Positions 10,141 through 21,456 of a DNA stretch of 64,000 nt are shown piece after piece. The notes beneath the pieces are model-generated. The model was not told where the DNA came from. It saw only the letters and a program-made list of their open reading frames with translations, and did no database searches. Source of the stretch: an uncultured Pseudoteredinibacter sp. (GTDB lineage Bacteria; Pseudomonadota; Gammaproteobacteria; Pseudomonadales; Cellvibrionaceae); contig NZ_CANMYE010000014.1 of assembly GCF_947502065.1 (NCBI RefSeq), positions 140 to 64,139 on the forward strand, written 5' to 3'. The stretch's first letter is position 1. The number at the start of each line of letters is the position of its first letter. The translations under genes were made by a program, and so were the position numbers.

Positions 10141-10707
10141 ATGCCCATAAAAACCATCCACCTCCCAAGCGACAGCCAACAACAAGTCCTCACCCAAGAA
10201 CTCGCTCGCTTCCAAAATTTCCCAGGCGCCCTAAACCTAGAACAACTAGACGGCTACTTCACCGCCCTACACCTAAGCCCCAGCGATTACGACATTGCCG
10301 ACTGGCTAGAACTAATATGGGGCGGCGGAGACCTCCCCGTAGGTGGCCACTTCTACAGCACCGATGAAATCCAACAGTTCTTCACCACAATGATTCAACA
10401 CTGGCACAACGTTCGCGCACGCTTAGAAGAAGATGAGCTATTTATGCCACTCACCTTTATCACCAGAAATGACGCCAGCTACTGGGCACAAGGCTTTTTA
10501 TTAGGAACAAAACTCTACGAAGAGACATGGCAGGAATACTGCGAAACAGATGACCAAGGCATAGAAACCGCATTACTGGCACAGGCCTACCTACACCACA
10601 AAGACAAAGATCTAAAAACTTACCAAACAGAAGAAGAACAACAAGAACACACCGCCGAACTAAACCAACAACTGATCATCACCCTAAACCACTTCATAAA
10701 AAATTAA
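10141..10707 (+). CDS. YecA/UPF0149-family protein (no C-terminal SEC-C motif)
   Basis: LEQLDGYFTAL..SP, WLELIWGG and WAQGFLLG segments resemble the UPF0149/YecA N-terminal domain. Confidence 0.7.
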   Translation: MPIKTIHLPSDSQQQVLTQELARFQNFPGALNLEQLDGYFTALHLSPSDYDIADWLELIWGGGDLPVGGHFYSTDEIQQFFTTMIQHWHNVRARLEEDELFMPLTFITRNDASYWAQGFLLGTKLYEETWQEYCETDDQGIETALLAQAYLHHKDKDLKTYQTEEEQQEHTAELNQQLIITLNHFIKN

Positions 10708-10720
10708 ACCAAAACAAAAA

Positions 10721-10748
10721 AGGGTCAGAACCCAAGGGTTCTGACCCC
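10721..10748 (-). repeat. REP palindrome, A-type
   Basis: AGGGTCAGAACCC-AA-GGGTTCTGACCCC followed by acaTCAAAGCCG, the reverse complement of the family flank. Confidence 0.9.
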
Positions 10749-10823
10749 ACATCAAAGCCGAAATATTTAAACCTCACCAGAAATCGCTACCAGGCACTAA
10801 ATTACGATCGCTGCTTATTAAAA

Positions 10824-11558
10824 CTATAAACGCTTAAACTTTTCCTTAATCAACAACCAAGCATACTGAGTATTGGTCATAAGATAACGCTTCCACATAC
10901 GTCCAGGCTCTTGGATAACCCTATAGAACCACTCTAAACCAGACCGCTGCATCCAAACCGGCGCCCTTCTAACCTTGCCAGCCACCACATCAAATGTGCC
11001 ACCCACACCCATTACAAAATTTACACCCAGCTCCTCACGCCATTTATTAATAAAATTCTCTTTCTTTGGAGAGGTAATTGCAACAAAGAGTAATTCTGCT
11101 CCAGAATCTTTTACTTTATTTACCAAAGATTCCTCATCATCCCAAAAGTAACCATGGTGGAACCCAGCAACCCTTAAATTTGGATGTTTTGCCTTCATTA
11201 TAGAAGCTGTTTTCTCAACAATTTCTTGCTGGGCTCCAAGGAAGAAGACAGAATACCCATCACGCTCTGCCATTGCATTCAACTCTAGAAACAAATCAAC
11301 GCCTGCAACTCTTTCTTCTACCTTATACCCCAGAAAACGAGCCCCCCAAACAACACCCATTCCGTCGATATTTATGATGTCGCACTCAGTTACAGAGCTA
11401 GCCAATTCCGAATCTTTGCGCATATTCACTAGCTTTGCCACATTGACCACGACATGCTGCGTGAACAAGCTATCCCGCAATCGGAGTGATATAGTATCGA
11501 CGGTTTCGACCATGGAGCCCGTATCCATAGGAGAACCCAAAAATTCAATTCTTTCCAT
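10824..11558 (-). CDS. WecB/TagA/CpsF (WecG-like) glycosyltransferase
   Basis: [37 protein letters not shown] and [17 protein letters not shown] motifs. Confidence 0.93.
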   Translation of the reverse strand: MERIEFLGSPMDTGSMVETVDTISLRLRDSLFTQHVVVNVAKLVNMRKDSELASSVTECDIINIDGMGVVWGARFLGYKVEERVAGVDLFLELNAMAERDGYSVFFLGAQQEIVEKTASIMKAKHPNLRVAGFHHGYFWDDEESLVNKVKDSGAELLFVAITSPKKENFINKWREELGVNFVMGVGGTFDVVAGKVRRAPVWMQRSGLEWFYRVIQEPGRMWKRYLMTNTQYAWLLIKEKFKRL

Positions 11559-12570
11559 TTTCTACGTACCAATCTATTGCTTCCGACAACCCCTGCCTAA
11601 TTGAATGGGTTGGACGGTACCCCAAATCTCTTGAAATTTTCGAAATGTCAGCTCGAGAGTGGCGAACGTCGCCCTTCCTGAAATCTCTATAAGTTGGAGG
11701 TCTAATTTCATTAACCCCCTGGCTTCCAAGCTCCTCCGCGAGAAATCCATAAAGCTCGTTAAGTGAAGTTTGATCACTTAACGCAACGTTATACACTTCT
11801 GAGCCTGATATACCATACGTAGCTGCCAACAAGTTTGCCTGAACTGCATTCGCCACATAACAAAAATCGCGACTCGTCTCGCCATCACCATTTATGTAGA
11901 CTTCTTCGTTGTTGAGTATTGACTGTATCCATTTTGGAATAACTGCAGCATAAGCCCCGTTAGGATCTTGTCTCCGACCGAACACATTGAAATAACGCAA
12001 ACCACAGCTATCAAATCCATATGTTCGATGAAATACCGAAGCATATAGCTCGTTTACATATTTGGTTACAGCATATGGAGATAGTGGATTACCAATAACA
12101 TCTTCAACCTTAGGGAGCCCTGGGTGGTCACCATAAGTTGAACTACTCGCAGCATAAGTAAAGCTCTTCACTCTTGCATCTTTGGCTGCAATTAGCATAT
12201 TCAAAAAACCAGAAACATTAGTTTCGTTACTGGCAATGGGATCATCAATTGAACGGGGAACAGAACCTAAAGCTGCCTGGTGCAAGACAAAGTCAACCCC
12301 ACTGCATACTAATTTGCAAGATGACAAGTCTCTGATATCAGCCTCATAAAAAGTAAAATTAGACCAAAGTGTTTGGCCAACAACATCTTCAACTTCCTCT
12401 AGGTTCTTAATATGACCAGTAGAGAAGTTGTCAATCCCAATAACTTTTTGATTTAGTAAAAGCAACTGTTCCAATAAGCTAGACCCTATAAATCCAGCGA
12501 CTCCTGTAACCAGCCAAATTTTCGGCCTTTCCTTTAGCTCCATTTTTAATTTATCGAATTTCGTTATCAT
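11545..12570 (-). CDS. tviC: NAD-dependent UDP-GlcNAc(A) C4-epimerase (WbpP/TviC/Gne2 type)
   Basis: [27 protein letters not shown] and [20 protein letters not shown] motifs. Confidence 0.92.
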   Translation of the reverse strand: MITKFDKLKMELKERPKIWLVTGVAGFIGSSLLEQLLLLNQKVIGIDNFSTGHIKNLEEVEDVVGQTLWSNFTFYEADIRDLSSCKLVCSGVDFVLHQAALGSVPRSIDDPIASNETNVSGFLNMLIAAKDARVKSFTYAASSSTYGDHPGLPKVEDVIGNPLSPYAVTKYVNELYASVFHRTYGFDSCGLRYFNVFGRRQDPNGAYAAVIPKWIQSILNNEEVYINGDGETSRDFCYVANAVQANLLAATYGISGSEVYNVALSDQTSLNELYGFLAEELGSQGVNEIRPPTYRDFRKGDVRHSRADISKISRDLGYRPTHSIRQGLSEAIDWYVENGKN

Positions 12571-12575
12571 ATCAA

Positions 12576-13850
12576 TTACAACCTAATATCCGACTGAGTC
12601 GAGCCAAAAACGTACTTCAAGTCGCAAAAAACATGAATGTCTTTTCCAAACTCTCTTATATTAGCGCAACCAAGCTCATAGAACTCGTCATGAGCAACGG
12701 CAAGAATGATACCATCGTAGAAATCCGGCTTTGGAGATTCCACCAGGTCGATCGCATACTCGGACAAAGCTTCCTCCGCACTTACCCACGGATCGTATAC
12801 ATCTACGAAAATCCCGTATTCACGTAGCTCTGATATTACATCAATAACCTTAGTATTTCTGATGTCGGGACAGTTCTCCTTAAACGCTAACCCCATTAGG
12901 AGTATCTTTGCCCCTTCAACTTGAATCTTTTTCTTTATGAGCTGCTTAACGGTAAGTGAAGCAACATACCGTCCCATCCCATCATTTATCCTCCTACCAG
13001 CCAAGATCATTTCAGGATGGTAACCAATAGCCTGTGCCTTGTGAGTCAAATAATATGGGTCAACACCTATGCAATGCCCTCCCACGAGGCCCGGGCGGAA
13101 CGGGAGAAAATTCCATTTCGTACCTGCCGCTCTTAATACAGCCTCCGTATCTATATTCATCTTGTTAAAAATTAAGGCCAATTCATTAACCAACGCGATA
13201 TTCACATCCCGCTGAGTATTTTCAATAACTTTCGCAGCCTCAGCAACTCGAATACTTTCCGCTTTATACGTGCCTGCGCTTATAATTAATCGATAGACTT
13301 CATCAATAAAACTAGCTGCCATATCACATGAACCTGAGGTAACCTTCAGTATGTTAGTTACTCTGTGTTCTTTGTCACCAGGGTTAATTCGCTCGGGGCT
13401 ATATCCAGCATAGAAGTCTGTGTTAAGTTTAAGTCCCGAGACCTGCTCAACAATTGGGATACAAACCTCTTCAGTCGCACCAGGATACACGGTAGATTCA
13501 AACACAATGTAATCTCCAGGAGAAACAACCGCACCTATCGTTTCCGAAGCCTTTCTCAAAGGAGACAGATCGGGCGCCTTGTTATCATCAATAGGCGTAG
13601 GAACTGTGACTATATAAAAATTCGAAGATTTTATATCGCTCAATTTATCTGTGAGAGTAAGTTTAACTGAGCTCTTTAACTGCTCACTTGATACTTCCAA
13701 AGTCGAATCAAAGCCTTCATTCAGAGCTTCGATGCGATTTCTATTTACATCAAACCCAACGGTTGAAACTTTGCTACCAAACTCAACCGCCAATGGCAGC
13801 CCGACATACCCCAAGCCAATTACAGCCAATCTCAATTCATTAAGATCCAT
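12576..13850 (-). CDS. tviB: UDP-N-acetylhexosamine C6-dehydrogenase (TviB/WbpO/Gna type)
   Basis: [26 protein letters not shown] and the catalytic [16 protein letters not shown]. Confidence 0.93.
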   Translation of the reverse strand: MDLNELRLAVIGLGYVGLPLAVEFGSKVSTVGFDVNRNRIEALNEGFDSTLEVSSEQLKSSVKLTLTDKLSDIKSSNFYIVTVPTPIDDNKAPDLSPLRKASETIGAVVSPGDYIVFESTVYPGATEEVCIPIVEQVSGLKLNTDFYAGYSPERINPGDKEHRVTNILKVTSGSCDMAASFIDEVYRLIISAGTYKAESIRVAEAAKVIENTQRDVNIALVNELALIFNKMNIDTEAVLRAAGTKWNFLPFRPGLVGGHCIGVDPYYLTHKAQAIGYHPEMILAGRRINDGMGRYVASLTVKQLIKKKIQVEGAKILLMGLAFKENCPDIRNTKVIDVISELREYGIFVDVYDPWVSAEEALSEYAIDLVESPKPDFYDGIILAVAHDEFYELGCANIREFGKDIHVFCDLKYVFGSTQSDIRL

Positions 13851-14482
13851 CTCAAAATCCCCAAATCAAATATACAGTCAAATTTCAAAGGCCACTGAAA
13901 AAGTGTTAGGCATTAAAACTCATCGCCTATCGCAGCCAACTCAGAAAAACTTACAATATGATAGCTCCTCTCGGAAAAGCACATTAACTAACGCACCAAT
14001 AGTGGAGAAAAACAAACATTTTAAAAACCTTAAAGCAAGGTCAAACGAGAATTCGCCAATAAACCTTTACCTTTCACATTGGGTCAACCTCAACTATACA
14101 AAGCACATACTAATACCACCCAAGCCCTTGCCTCTGTCACACCCACCTCATCTTAACAAGTCAAAACTATGCTGCTTATTAATGATGATAAACAAACAAT
14201 CTAGACTGATTGCTCAGCGCTCAGGAGGTATCCAATGTTCTTTAAACACTAAAAACCAACAACCCGGAACGATCTGGCCTTCGTTTTTTAACTTCACCAC
14301 CCGTAGCCCACGAGGATCGAACCCTTGCCCAGATAATAAATCACCATACCCGCTTAACTGCACCTCTTGAAAGATGCACACAACCGAATCCAGAGACTTT
14401 AAGATTTTAACCGCCACAGTCCTGCGACTACTACGTCAAAGTTAGCTTTACACCTTAACCTACGCTGGTAGAGCATGAGATC

Positions 14483-15652
14483 CTAAATAAAATTTCTTTT
14501 CCTTCGATTATAGTAAGAAAATGAATAGTAAACCCAAGCCTGAGTCCAGCGGGTATAATCAATACGATTAGTGTACCACTTCGTTTTTTGATAAAAGAAC
14601 TTACGACTTCTCGGGCAAAACATCTGTTCTATTGATCGACTAATGACTCTATCTGCCAGTGCATAATCTTCTTTACCCCCGCCAACCCCCAACAAAGTAA
14701 TAATTGCCTGAGCAACAGAGTGCATATCCAAGGGATATACGTTGTCGTTATAGTATTTTGCATCAAATGAATCCGTAAAGAAATTTTCCCTATAATACTT
14801 GTAACCTAAGTCAATAGATTCAGTTAATTCTGATTGCTCTAAGCTAGAACGAATTAAAGACAGTGCCTCCAAATTGTACCCTGTGTGAAAACCGTCAATA
14901 AACTGATGATGACTACTACTGCCATAAACCCAAGATCCATTTTCGAGTTGATCTCTAACCGATTGACGGGCAACTAACAATGACAGGTCTCTATACCTAT
15001 CATTATTAGTTTCGCTCCCAACAAAAGCTACCCATGCCGCGCCCCAGAGGCTCGCATTATGAACAAATGCCGTTTCACCTGGTATATACGCGAAATAGTT
15101 TTTGGAGTCGTGGAAAGTGTAAAGTTTCTCAACAATAAAATTAGCAGAGCTAAATGCTTCTTGGATATAATCCGACCTATTCAATAACCTACCAAGTCTA
15201 TATAGTGCTTGAGATACATAGATAGTAGTTATCACATTGGGCTTTCCTTTTGGCACGTAAAATGCTCTAGCCTTCCAGTCAAAATGATAGCCCCAACAGG
15301 AATCTGGCCATATTTCTGGATCACTTTTCACAGACACCAACCAATCAGCCAATTCTACACAAACATCTCTAATATGGTGGTCTTTGACAGGCAAATCATT
15401 TTCAATCATCCCTAAAATATATAAAGCTATACCTTTGGGGTTCCTCATTTTAGGAATCAGCATCGCAGGCCGGAAGTTGATAGGGGATACTTTATGAAGT
15501 TGTGTCCAAAGCAAACCTAAGATCCCGTTTTTAAGCACTGGCATGCATGTAAATATCCTACTATTTAAGCCATCGAATGGATCGTGCCCGCAAAAGTTAG
15601 ACTCCCTAGACTTCTCAAGTATGGACTCAGTGATTTCATCGATAAAATGCAT
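14483..15652 (-). CDS. Conserved polysaccharide-cluster protein of unknown function (predicted alpha/alpha-toroid)
   Basis: 389 aa, in operon. GHDPFDGLNS, WGYHFDW, IDGFHTGY and WTQAW segments are typical of an uncharacterised family found in such clusters. Confidence 0.6.
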   Translation of the reverse strand: MHFIDEITESILEKSRESNFCGHDPFDGLNSRIFTCMPVLKNGILGLLWTQLHKVSPINFRPAMLIPKMRNPKGIALYILGMIENDLPVKDHHIRDVCVELADWLVSVKSDPEIWPDSCWGYHFDWKARAFYVPKGKPNVITTIYVSQALYRLGRLLNRSDYIQEAFSSANFIVEKLYTFHDSKNYFAYIPGETAFVHNASLWGAAWVAFVGSETNNDRYRDLSLLVARQSVRDQLENGSWVYGSSSHHQFIDGFHTGYNLEALSLIRSSLEQSELTESIDLGYKYYRENFFTDSFDAKYYNDNVYPLDMHSVAQAIITLLGVGGGKEDYALADRVISRSIEQMFCPRSRKFFYQKTKWYTNRIDYTRWTQAWVYYSFSYYNRRKRNFI

Positions 15653-15655
15653 CTG

Positions 15656-17818
15656 CTAATCTTCCAAAATTGACGAATCAACCTGCATAATCGCACCGCA
15701 AATAATAGATTCAATAGACATTATTGTCGCTATACTGCAGCTAATTAGCATATGGTAGTCGATGCAGCTCTTCCCACTGCGCAAAGAATCGAGCCAGGCA
15801 TTTACCATATTACGCTGCCCCTTGTCCTGCGTTCTATGCCTGATAGTTTTACCTCCCTCCGTACTAGAGAATAACCTCAACTCCTTAAAATCATCTATAA
15901 TCGCCCCCAACCCACCACCAAAAACTTCGATGTATTCTTTTGGAATACTCTCTGCACCACTTGAACAGTAGATAATATTCGCTATTCCGCCGTTAGCGAA
16001 TCTCAAGTTGATTGTGACATTATCATTCGTTATCGCGGGACAGCTATCATTTTCAGTAGCAAAAGCTGAGACGCTAACAGGCACAGCGCCTATAATTGCA
16101 GAAGCCATATCAATGAAATGACACCCCTCACCTATCACCCTACCGCCACCTACTGACGGATCCTGAATCCAGTGGTCACTAGAAACTTCCCCTGCATTAA
16201 CTCTAATATTCACAACCAATGGAGATTTAATATGTTGAAAATGTCTAATAAGCTCAATTGTAAAAGGGGCAAACCGCCGATTGAAGCCAACCATTAAACT
16301 AGATTTCGCCTTTCCGTAAGAAGAGTGAACTTCGGATAAATCATCAATAGAGAGAGCTAAAGGTTTTTCAACATATACATGTTTGCCCCGATTTAGTGCC
16401 TGTACGACCGAATCCGCATGAGTATTGTGTCTTGTAGTGATTACTACGGCATCTGTGTTATCACCCAACAGGTCCGAAAAGTTAGAGGAGCAAAAATCGA
16501 AACCAAACTGTCTCGAAACACTCTCTGCCGTCCGGCCACTGGCTGTCACAATTCCAACAAGATGGGAGCAAGACGTTGACTGAACAAGCGGGAGAAGGGT
16601 CGCTGTAGAGTAGTTCCCTCCACCATAAAAAGAGAGCCCGATCTTATCTATTGAGGCCATTCTTCGGGGTGTGGTAACTTTTTTAGACGCAACAGCATCA
16701 GGATTGTAATTAAGCATAATAGCCAAGTATGGATCGGTTTTTCTCCCGGCGATTAAGTCATAAGCCTCCTCCGCACGATCCACATCAAAGCGATGAGATA
16801 TTAGCGACTTAACATTGACATTACCGGTCGAAACGAGATCCAAAAACGACTTCATATTTCGCTGCTCGGTAAACCGAACATAACCGTACGGATAATCGTG
16901 CCCACCTTCCTCATAACTCGAATCGTACCGCCCTGGGCCATATGAACGAGATATAACTACATTAATTTCCTTTTTAAAATAATCTTCACGCGGAATATCC
17001 ATTTTGACAGCCCCAACAACAACAACGCGGCCTTTTTCTCTCGTTACACGCCCGCAAAGCTCTATTGGCTGATTGCTATTACTACCAGCACAAACTAAAA
17101 CCCCGTCGACCCCTTGATTCTCGGTTAGATCTCTACATAATTTCTCTAAGTTTGAACCTGGATATATTCCAAATGCTCCGTACTCCTCTGCCAATTCCAC
17201 CAACTTGGAGTCCAAATCAATTGCCAATACCTTACACCCGTTAGATCGAAGTAGCTGCACACTCAATTGACCTATCAGCCCAAGGCCAATAACCAAAAAT
17301 GTTTCCCCTAACTTAGGTTCCGCCAGCCTTAAACCCTGCAATGCAATTGAGCCAACTGTAGCAAAAGACGCTTCTTCATCCGATAAATCGCACGGTATCT
17401 TAACTGCCAAATTCTTGGGAATGGCGACATAATCTGCATGATTCGCATATCCGGCGCCTCCACACGCAACCCTGTCTCCGGGTTGTAGCCCCTCAACTAG
17501 ACCACCAACCGCCACCACCGTACCTGCGCAGCTATAACCGAGAGGGGAAGGGGAATCCAACCTTGAGCTAACAGTTTGAAATGTCTTCCTAACTCCTTCA
17601 TCTCTCAGCTTTCGAAGAACCTGTTTCACGAGATCCGGGCGCGCCTTTGCCTTTTGGATCAGATTTTTATTCCCCATGTCGACTTTACTTTTCTCTGTCC
17701 CCGCACTAATAACAGAACACGAATTTTTGACCAAAATGAATTTATCCGACAAGGCTGGAATCGGAACATCTTCTATAGAAATTTTACCGTCACGCAAGAC
17801 CTGAACTACTTGTTTCAA
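15656..17818 (-). CDS. Bi-domain oxidoreductase (MDR alcohol dehydrogenase-like + Gfo/Idh/MocA)
   Basis: SVISAGTE, LGYSCAG, IGLGLIG, SRSYGPGRYD, then HVYVEKPLA and GEGCHFID. The likely start is TTG at 17818 (GGAGG RBS, TTGA overlap with the upstream stop), not the track's 17866. Confidence 0.88.
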   Translation of the reverse strand: MKQVVQVLRDGKISIEDVPIPALSDKFILVKNSCSVISAGTEKSKVDMGNKNLIQKAKARPDLVKQVLRKLRDEGVRKTFQTVSSRLDSPSPLGYSCAGTVVAVGGLVEGLQPGDRVACGGAGYANHADYVAIPKNLAVKIPCDLSDEEASFATVGSIALQGLRLAEPKLGETFLVIGLGLIGQLSVQLLRSNGCKVLAIDLDSKLVELAEEYGAFGIYPGSNLEKLCRDLTENQGVDGVLVCAGSNSNQPIELCGRVTREKGRVVVVGAVKMDIPREDYFKKEINVVISRSYGPGRYDSSYEEGGHDYPYGYVRFTEQRNMKSFLDLVSTGNVNVKSLISHRFDVDRAEEAYDLIAGRKTDPYLAIMLNYNPDAVASKKVTTPRRMASIDKIGLSFYGGGNYSTATLLPLVQSTSCSHLVGIVTASGRTAESVSRQFGFDFCSSNFSDLLGDNTDAVVITTRHNTHADSVVQALNRGKHVYVEKPLALSIDDLSEVHSSYGKAKSSLMVGFNRRFAPFTIELIRHFQHIKSPLVVNIRVNAGEVSSDHWIQDPSVGGGRVIGEGCHFIDMASAIIGAVPVSVSAFATENDSCPAITNDNVTINLRFANGGIANIIYCSSGAESIPKEYIEVFGGGLGAIIDDFKELRLFSSTEGGKTIRHRTQDKGQRNMVNAWLDSLRSGKSCIDYHMLISCSIATIMSIESIICGAIMQVDSSILED

Positions 17819-19233
17819 AACTTCCTCCCTCTGTGTTGATCTTGTAAACTTGCAAACGAGGCCCAATTAGCAACCCAAATAAACAACGTAGCCCTAGCCA
17901 TTTCCCAGTAATTATCTAGAAAACCTAGAAGGAATACGAAAAAAGTTCCGCAAAACGCAAAAGCACAAATCCCCACACTACTATGCCGCCTAAGGCTTTC
18001 TTTAAGATTTCCTAGCGAGAACAGTAAAAGCCAGAAATACAAAAGAATACCAACGAATCCCCCAAAAAAACCTAGCTCTCCTAACAACGTCAAATAGCTA
18101 GAGTTAGGGTTCGACAATTGATAACTACCAAAAACGATTTCTGACCTAAAATTACTAATGTACTCTAGGTCATAAGGGCTGAATCTTGGCTGAGTCTGAC
18201 CAAGATACTCTCTTATTATTCCAGACACTCCTGATCCATCTTTTATTAAAAACTCGTAACTAAAAGTGTAATACGACCTACTGGTGTAGTTTCCTGGACC
18301 AACCCCCAAAAAGAAATTCGCTATCTCGTCTCCCCACATATCCATCGTGGCAGCGTAAGACTGGAATTTCCCGAACTGCAATATAAAATATGGATCATCC
18401 AATATATCTAGAAAATCACCATACTTTAGTCTATCCGAGTTATCGAAAAGAGAATCAAGCATGTAAACAACTGATACGGCAGCAACCGCCAACAACCCAA
18501 GTACTGAAAATATTCTCAGCGCATTCCTGCTGTACATAAAATATATAAACACAAACACCACCACCAAAAAAAACGGTAGCGCCGCCCTATACTGAAGCAA
18601 AAAGAAGGTTCCAACTACAAACGAAACAAACGCAAATAAAATACCTACGCCAATTCTCCTTTCATAAAACAAACCAACACCAGCCCCAAGACTTGCCACC
18701 AAAAAAATCGAGAAATAATACGCATTAGCTCCAAAAGTACCGGACAGCAAGTCCGGATTCCCGCCCGAGGAGATATAAAGCGGGTAACTCACAAATATTA
18801 CAACAGCGATGTTTATCAGAATCAAATACAAGAACGTCTTTTGAATTAGTAGCGAAGAGCCATAGTCCTTACCTACCAATCTAGTTAGAACAAAGAAAAT
18901 CAACGGACCCTCATAAAATCCTGCAACATATAGGACAAACGCCGGAAAATATACTGTTGCCACATTCCCCAAAAATGAGATTATTAATAGAGCGAATCCA
19001 ACCACCAGGATCAACTCAAATTTCTTTAAGCAAGCGCCTCGAAAAAACAAACAAAACACAGTTGCAGATAGCGTTAGAACAAAAAAAGGATAGTTAATTA
19101 CATCTACTATTTTTGGCAGCAAGCCGAACGTCTCGGTGAAAAGCCGGCTAGAAACCATAAAAACAATTAGAGCCGCCACCAAGTAAATAAAACATTTTCT
19201 TATCCCCAAAGTTTTCGATTGCAAAACCTGCAT
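17815..19233 (-). CDS. wzy: Polytopic membrane protein, probable Wzy polymerase
   Basis: Many hydrophobic segments, a large periplasmic loop with FFLGVGPGNY, located in a wzx-containing cluster. Confidence 0.65.
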   Translation of the reverse strand: MQVLQSKTLGIRKCFIYLVAALIVFMVSSRLFTETFGLLPKIVDVINYPFFVLTLSATVFCLFFRGACLKKFELILVVGFALLIISFLGNVATVYFPAFVLYVAGFYEGPLIFFVLTRLVGKDYGSSLLIQKTFLYLILINIAVVIFVSYPLYISSGGNPDLLSGTFGANAYYFSIFLVASLGAGVGLFYERRIGVGILFAFVSFVVGTFFLLQYRAALPFFLVVVFVFIYFMYSRNALRIFSVLGLLAVAAVSVVYMLDSLFDNSDRLKYGDFLDILDDPYFILQFGKFQSYAATMDMWGDEIANFFLGVGPGNYTSRSYYTFSYEFLIKDGSGVSGIIREYLGQTQPRFSPYDLEYISNFRSEIVFGSYQLSNPNSSYLTLLGELGFFGGFVGILLYFWLLLFSLGNLKESLRRHSSVGICAFAFCGTFFVFLLGFLDNYWEMARATLFIWVANWASFASLQDQHRGRKF

Positions 19234-19237
19234 ATGA

Positions 19238-20368
19238 CTATCTCAAACTTTCGAAATTAGCAACTAGATTGTCAACAAGCCGACTTTCCGTAAACTCATC
19301 AACATAAATTTTTCTAGACATTTTAGAAAATTTCATCCGCAACTCAGGGCAATATAGAAATTCAATATGTTTAGCAATATCCTCAGGAGTTCCTACAGTT
19401 AGAAATCCATTAACACCACTTCGCACCGATTCTGATATTGCCCCTTGGTCGGTAGCGATAACTGGCAACCCTGCTGCAAGAGCCTCTAATATTACCCAGG
19501 GGTGACCCTCAGGTAGCTGAGGAGGAAAGACAAAAACATCGGCCTTCGCTAAGAGTGCTCTTTTTTCAGCCTCATTAACTTGACCAACAAATACTATTTT
19601 CTTTGCGAACTTTGTAGACAAAAGATTTTCTATATACGATTCGACTTCGGCATCCCTTGATGCACCAGCGACAATAAAAGCCAATTCTTTCTCGCTTTTT
19701 TCAATAAGTATTTTCGCGGCCTCCAAAAACTCCAAAATCCCCTTACGCTTTTTTAAGTTAGCGAGAAAAAGTATGTTCATCTCGCGCTCATTCTCACTCA
19801 AAAAGTAGTTTTGAGATTCATTAATCTCCAAATCCTTTCCGTTAGGCACCACCGAAATTCGTTCAGGTGGCATAACTTCTTCATACAGATACTTCAAACA
19901 TTCCCCCAAGACCAATTGCCGATCTATCTTAGCCTGAATATATCTCACATATAGCTTTACCAGAAAATTTTGATCTTCGTACCAGCTTTTAAACTCACTC
20001 CCCCTAAGATGGGCTACAACCCTTAACCCAAACAACTTGGCAATTAATACATATATCGAATCTTTAAAATATGCCACAGTGCTCTGAGCACACTGAAGGT
20101 AGAGCAAGTCCGGTTTCACCTTAAAAATAACCGTTATGATTTTTAAGTAAGTAAATAAAGCCCTTGTAAGACTAGTTATCGAAAATCGACCTAAAGTCCC
20201 AAAATCCCTATTGAGAGAAGTATCAACATGTGTTAACTCAACCAATTCAGTTAACTTGGAATCTAAAATAATCTTGTTTGCCAGAGTTGGTCCAATAATC
20301 GGAGGAGGGATAGCACCCGCCAACAGCACTTTCATCTTTGGAAGTTCTGAATCATTCAGACTAGGCAC
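19238..20368 (-). CDS. Glycosyltransferase family 4
   Basis: VVPNG, RKGILEFLEA and EGHPWVILEALAAGLPVIAT (EX7E) motifs. Confidence 0.9.
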   Translation of the reverse strand: MPSLNDSELPKMKVLLAGAIPPPIIGPTLANKIILDSKLTELVELTHVDTSLNRDFGTLGRFSITSLTRALFTYLKIITVIFKVKPDLLYLQCAQSTVAYFKDSIYVLIAKLFGLRVVAHLRGSEFKSWYEDQNFLVKLYVRYIQAKIDRQLVLGECLKYLYEEVMPPERISVVPNGKDLEINESQNYFLSENEREMNILFLANLKKRKGILEFLEAAKILIEKSEKELAFIVAGASRDAEVESYIENLLSTKFAKKIVFVGQVNEAEKRALLAKADVFVFPPQLPEGHPWVILEALAAGLPVIATDQGAISESVRSGVNGFLTVGTPEDIAKHIEFLYCPELRMKFSKMSRKIYVDEFTESRLVDNLVANFESLR

Positions 20369-21456
20369 AAAAATCCCTCCGCCATTTTCTCAAGAGAACA
20401 TGACTCTACAGCCGTTCTCCTAGCATTTAGCTTAAATTGCCTCAACTTATCTGAATCACCCAATAGCTCTTCAACTTTTTGTGCGACCTGGTTCGAGTTA
20501 TTAAAATCGACAATAAATCCATTCTCTCCACTTGAGATTAACTCTGCCACACAACCTGGATGCTCAGATGCAATAACAGGCACGCCAGAGGCCAAACTCT
20601 CCACAACCACCAAACCCCATATGTCGTACTCGGAAGGAAACATAAAGAGTGAAGCAGACTCGTAAAATTTCGGAAGATCTTCTTTTTGGATAAATCCATG
20701 AAAATTTACCATTGACGAAAGCCCATTACTATCAACATAACTTTCTAGCTCCTGCCTAGCCGAGCCATCGCCAACCAAATCTAGAGTAAAGTTCACATTC
20801 TTTCTTGCAAGTACTTCAACAGACTTTATTATCAAATCTACTCGCTTTAACCGTTCTAAATTACCAACATACAAAATTCGTCTTTCGTTCGGCTCTTTCA
20901 ATGGAGTACTTAAGAAATATTCAACATCTACACTATTTTTAGCTATTGAAATAGACTTACGATTAATGCATATATCCTCTAAATATTTCTTAGCGGTACT
21001 TCCGTATGCCACACCCCCAGACACTAGCAAACCTATCAACCGCCGGTAAGCTTTTCGAACCCAAGAAACTCGCCTGTGCTTATTATGTATCTCTCCAGAC
21101 CATACGTACGTTTTTTTAAAAAATAGCTTCGCATAGACAATCGACTTTACAGCACAAACTCCAAAGCCTCCGAAAACCACCACATCTGGCGAATACCTGT
21201 ACATAAGTCTAAATAGACCGACATAGCTAAAGGACGCTGATTCGCCAGAGTTTATTCCCAGTTCTCTACTTTCCAGAAATACGTATTTAAATTTGAAAGA
21301 TCTTTCACTAACTTCCCAATGTCTTCTTGAATAACTTCGCGCCCCAAAGACCACAATTAGCTCCACGCCGACTTTATACAAAAGGTCATTTAAGCTGTTG
21401 AAAAAGGGGACCCTGTACGGCGTTGGGATATTAGTTATTACCATCATTTTTTTCAT
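20356..21456 (-). CDS. Glycosyltransferase family 4
   Basis: YVGNLERLKRV and DIWGLVVVESLASGVPVIAS motifs. Confidence 0.9.
   Translation of the reverse strand: MKKMMVITNIPTPYRVPFFNSLNDLLYKVGVELIVVFGARSYSRRHWEVSERSFKFKYVFLESRELGINSGESASFSYVGLFRLMYRYSPDVVVFGGFGVCAVKSIVYAKLFFKKTYVWSGEIHNKHRRVSWVRKAYRRLIGLLVSGGVAYGSTAKKYLEDICINRKSISIAKNSVDVEYFLSTPLKEPNERRILYVGNLERLKRVDLIIKSVEVLARKNVNFTLDLVGDGSARQELESYVDSNGLSSMVNFHGFIQKEDLPKFYESASLFMFPSEYDIWGLVVVESLASGVPVIASEHPGCVAELISSGENGFIVDFNNSNQVAQKVEELLGDSDKLRQFKLNARRTAVESCSLEKMAEGFLCLV

Noticed and set aside
13651-14370. 239-aa plus-strand ORF
   Set aside because: Partly antisense to tviB, low-information composition, no motifs; probably spurious.
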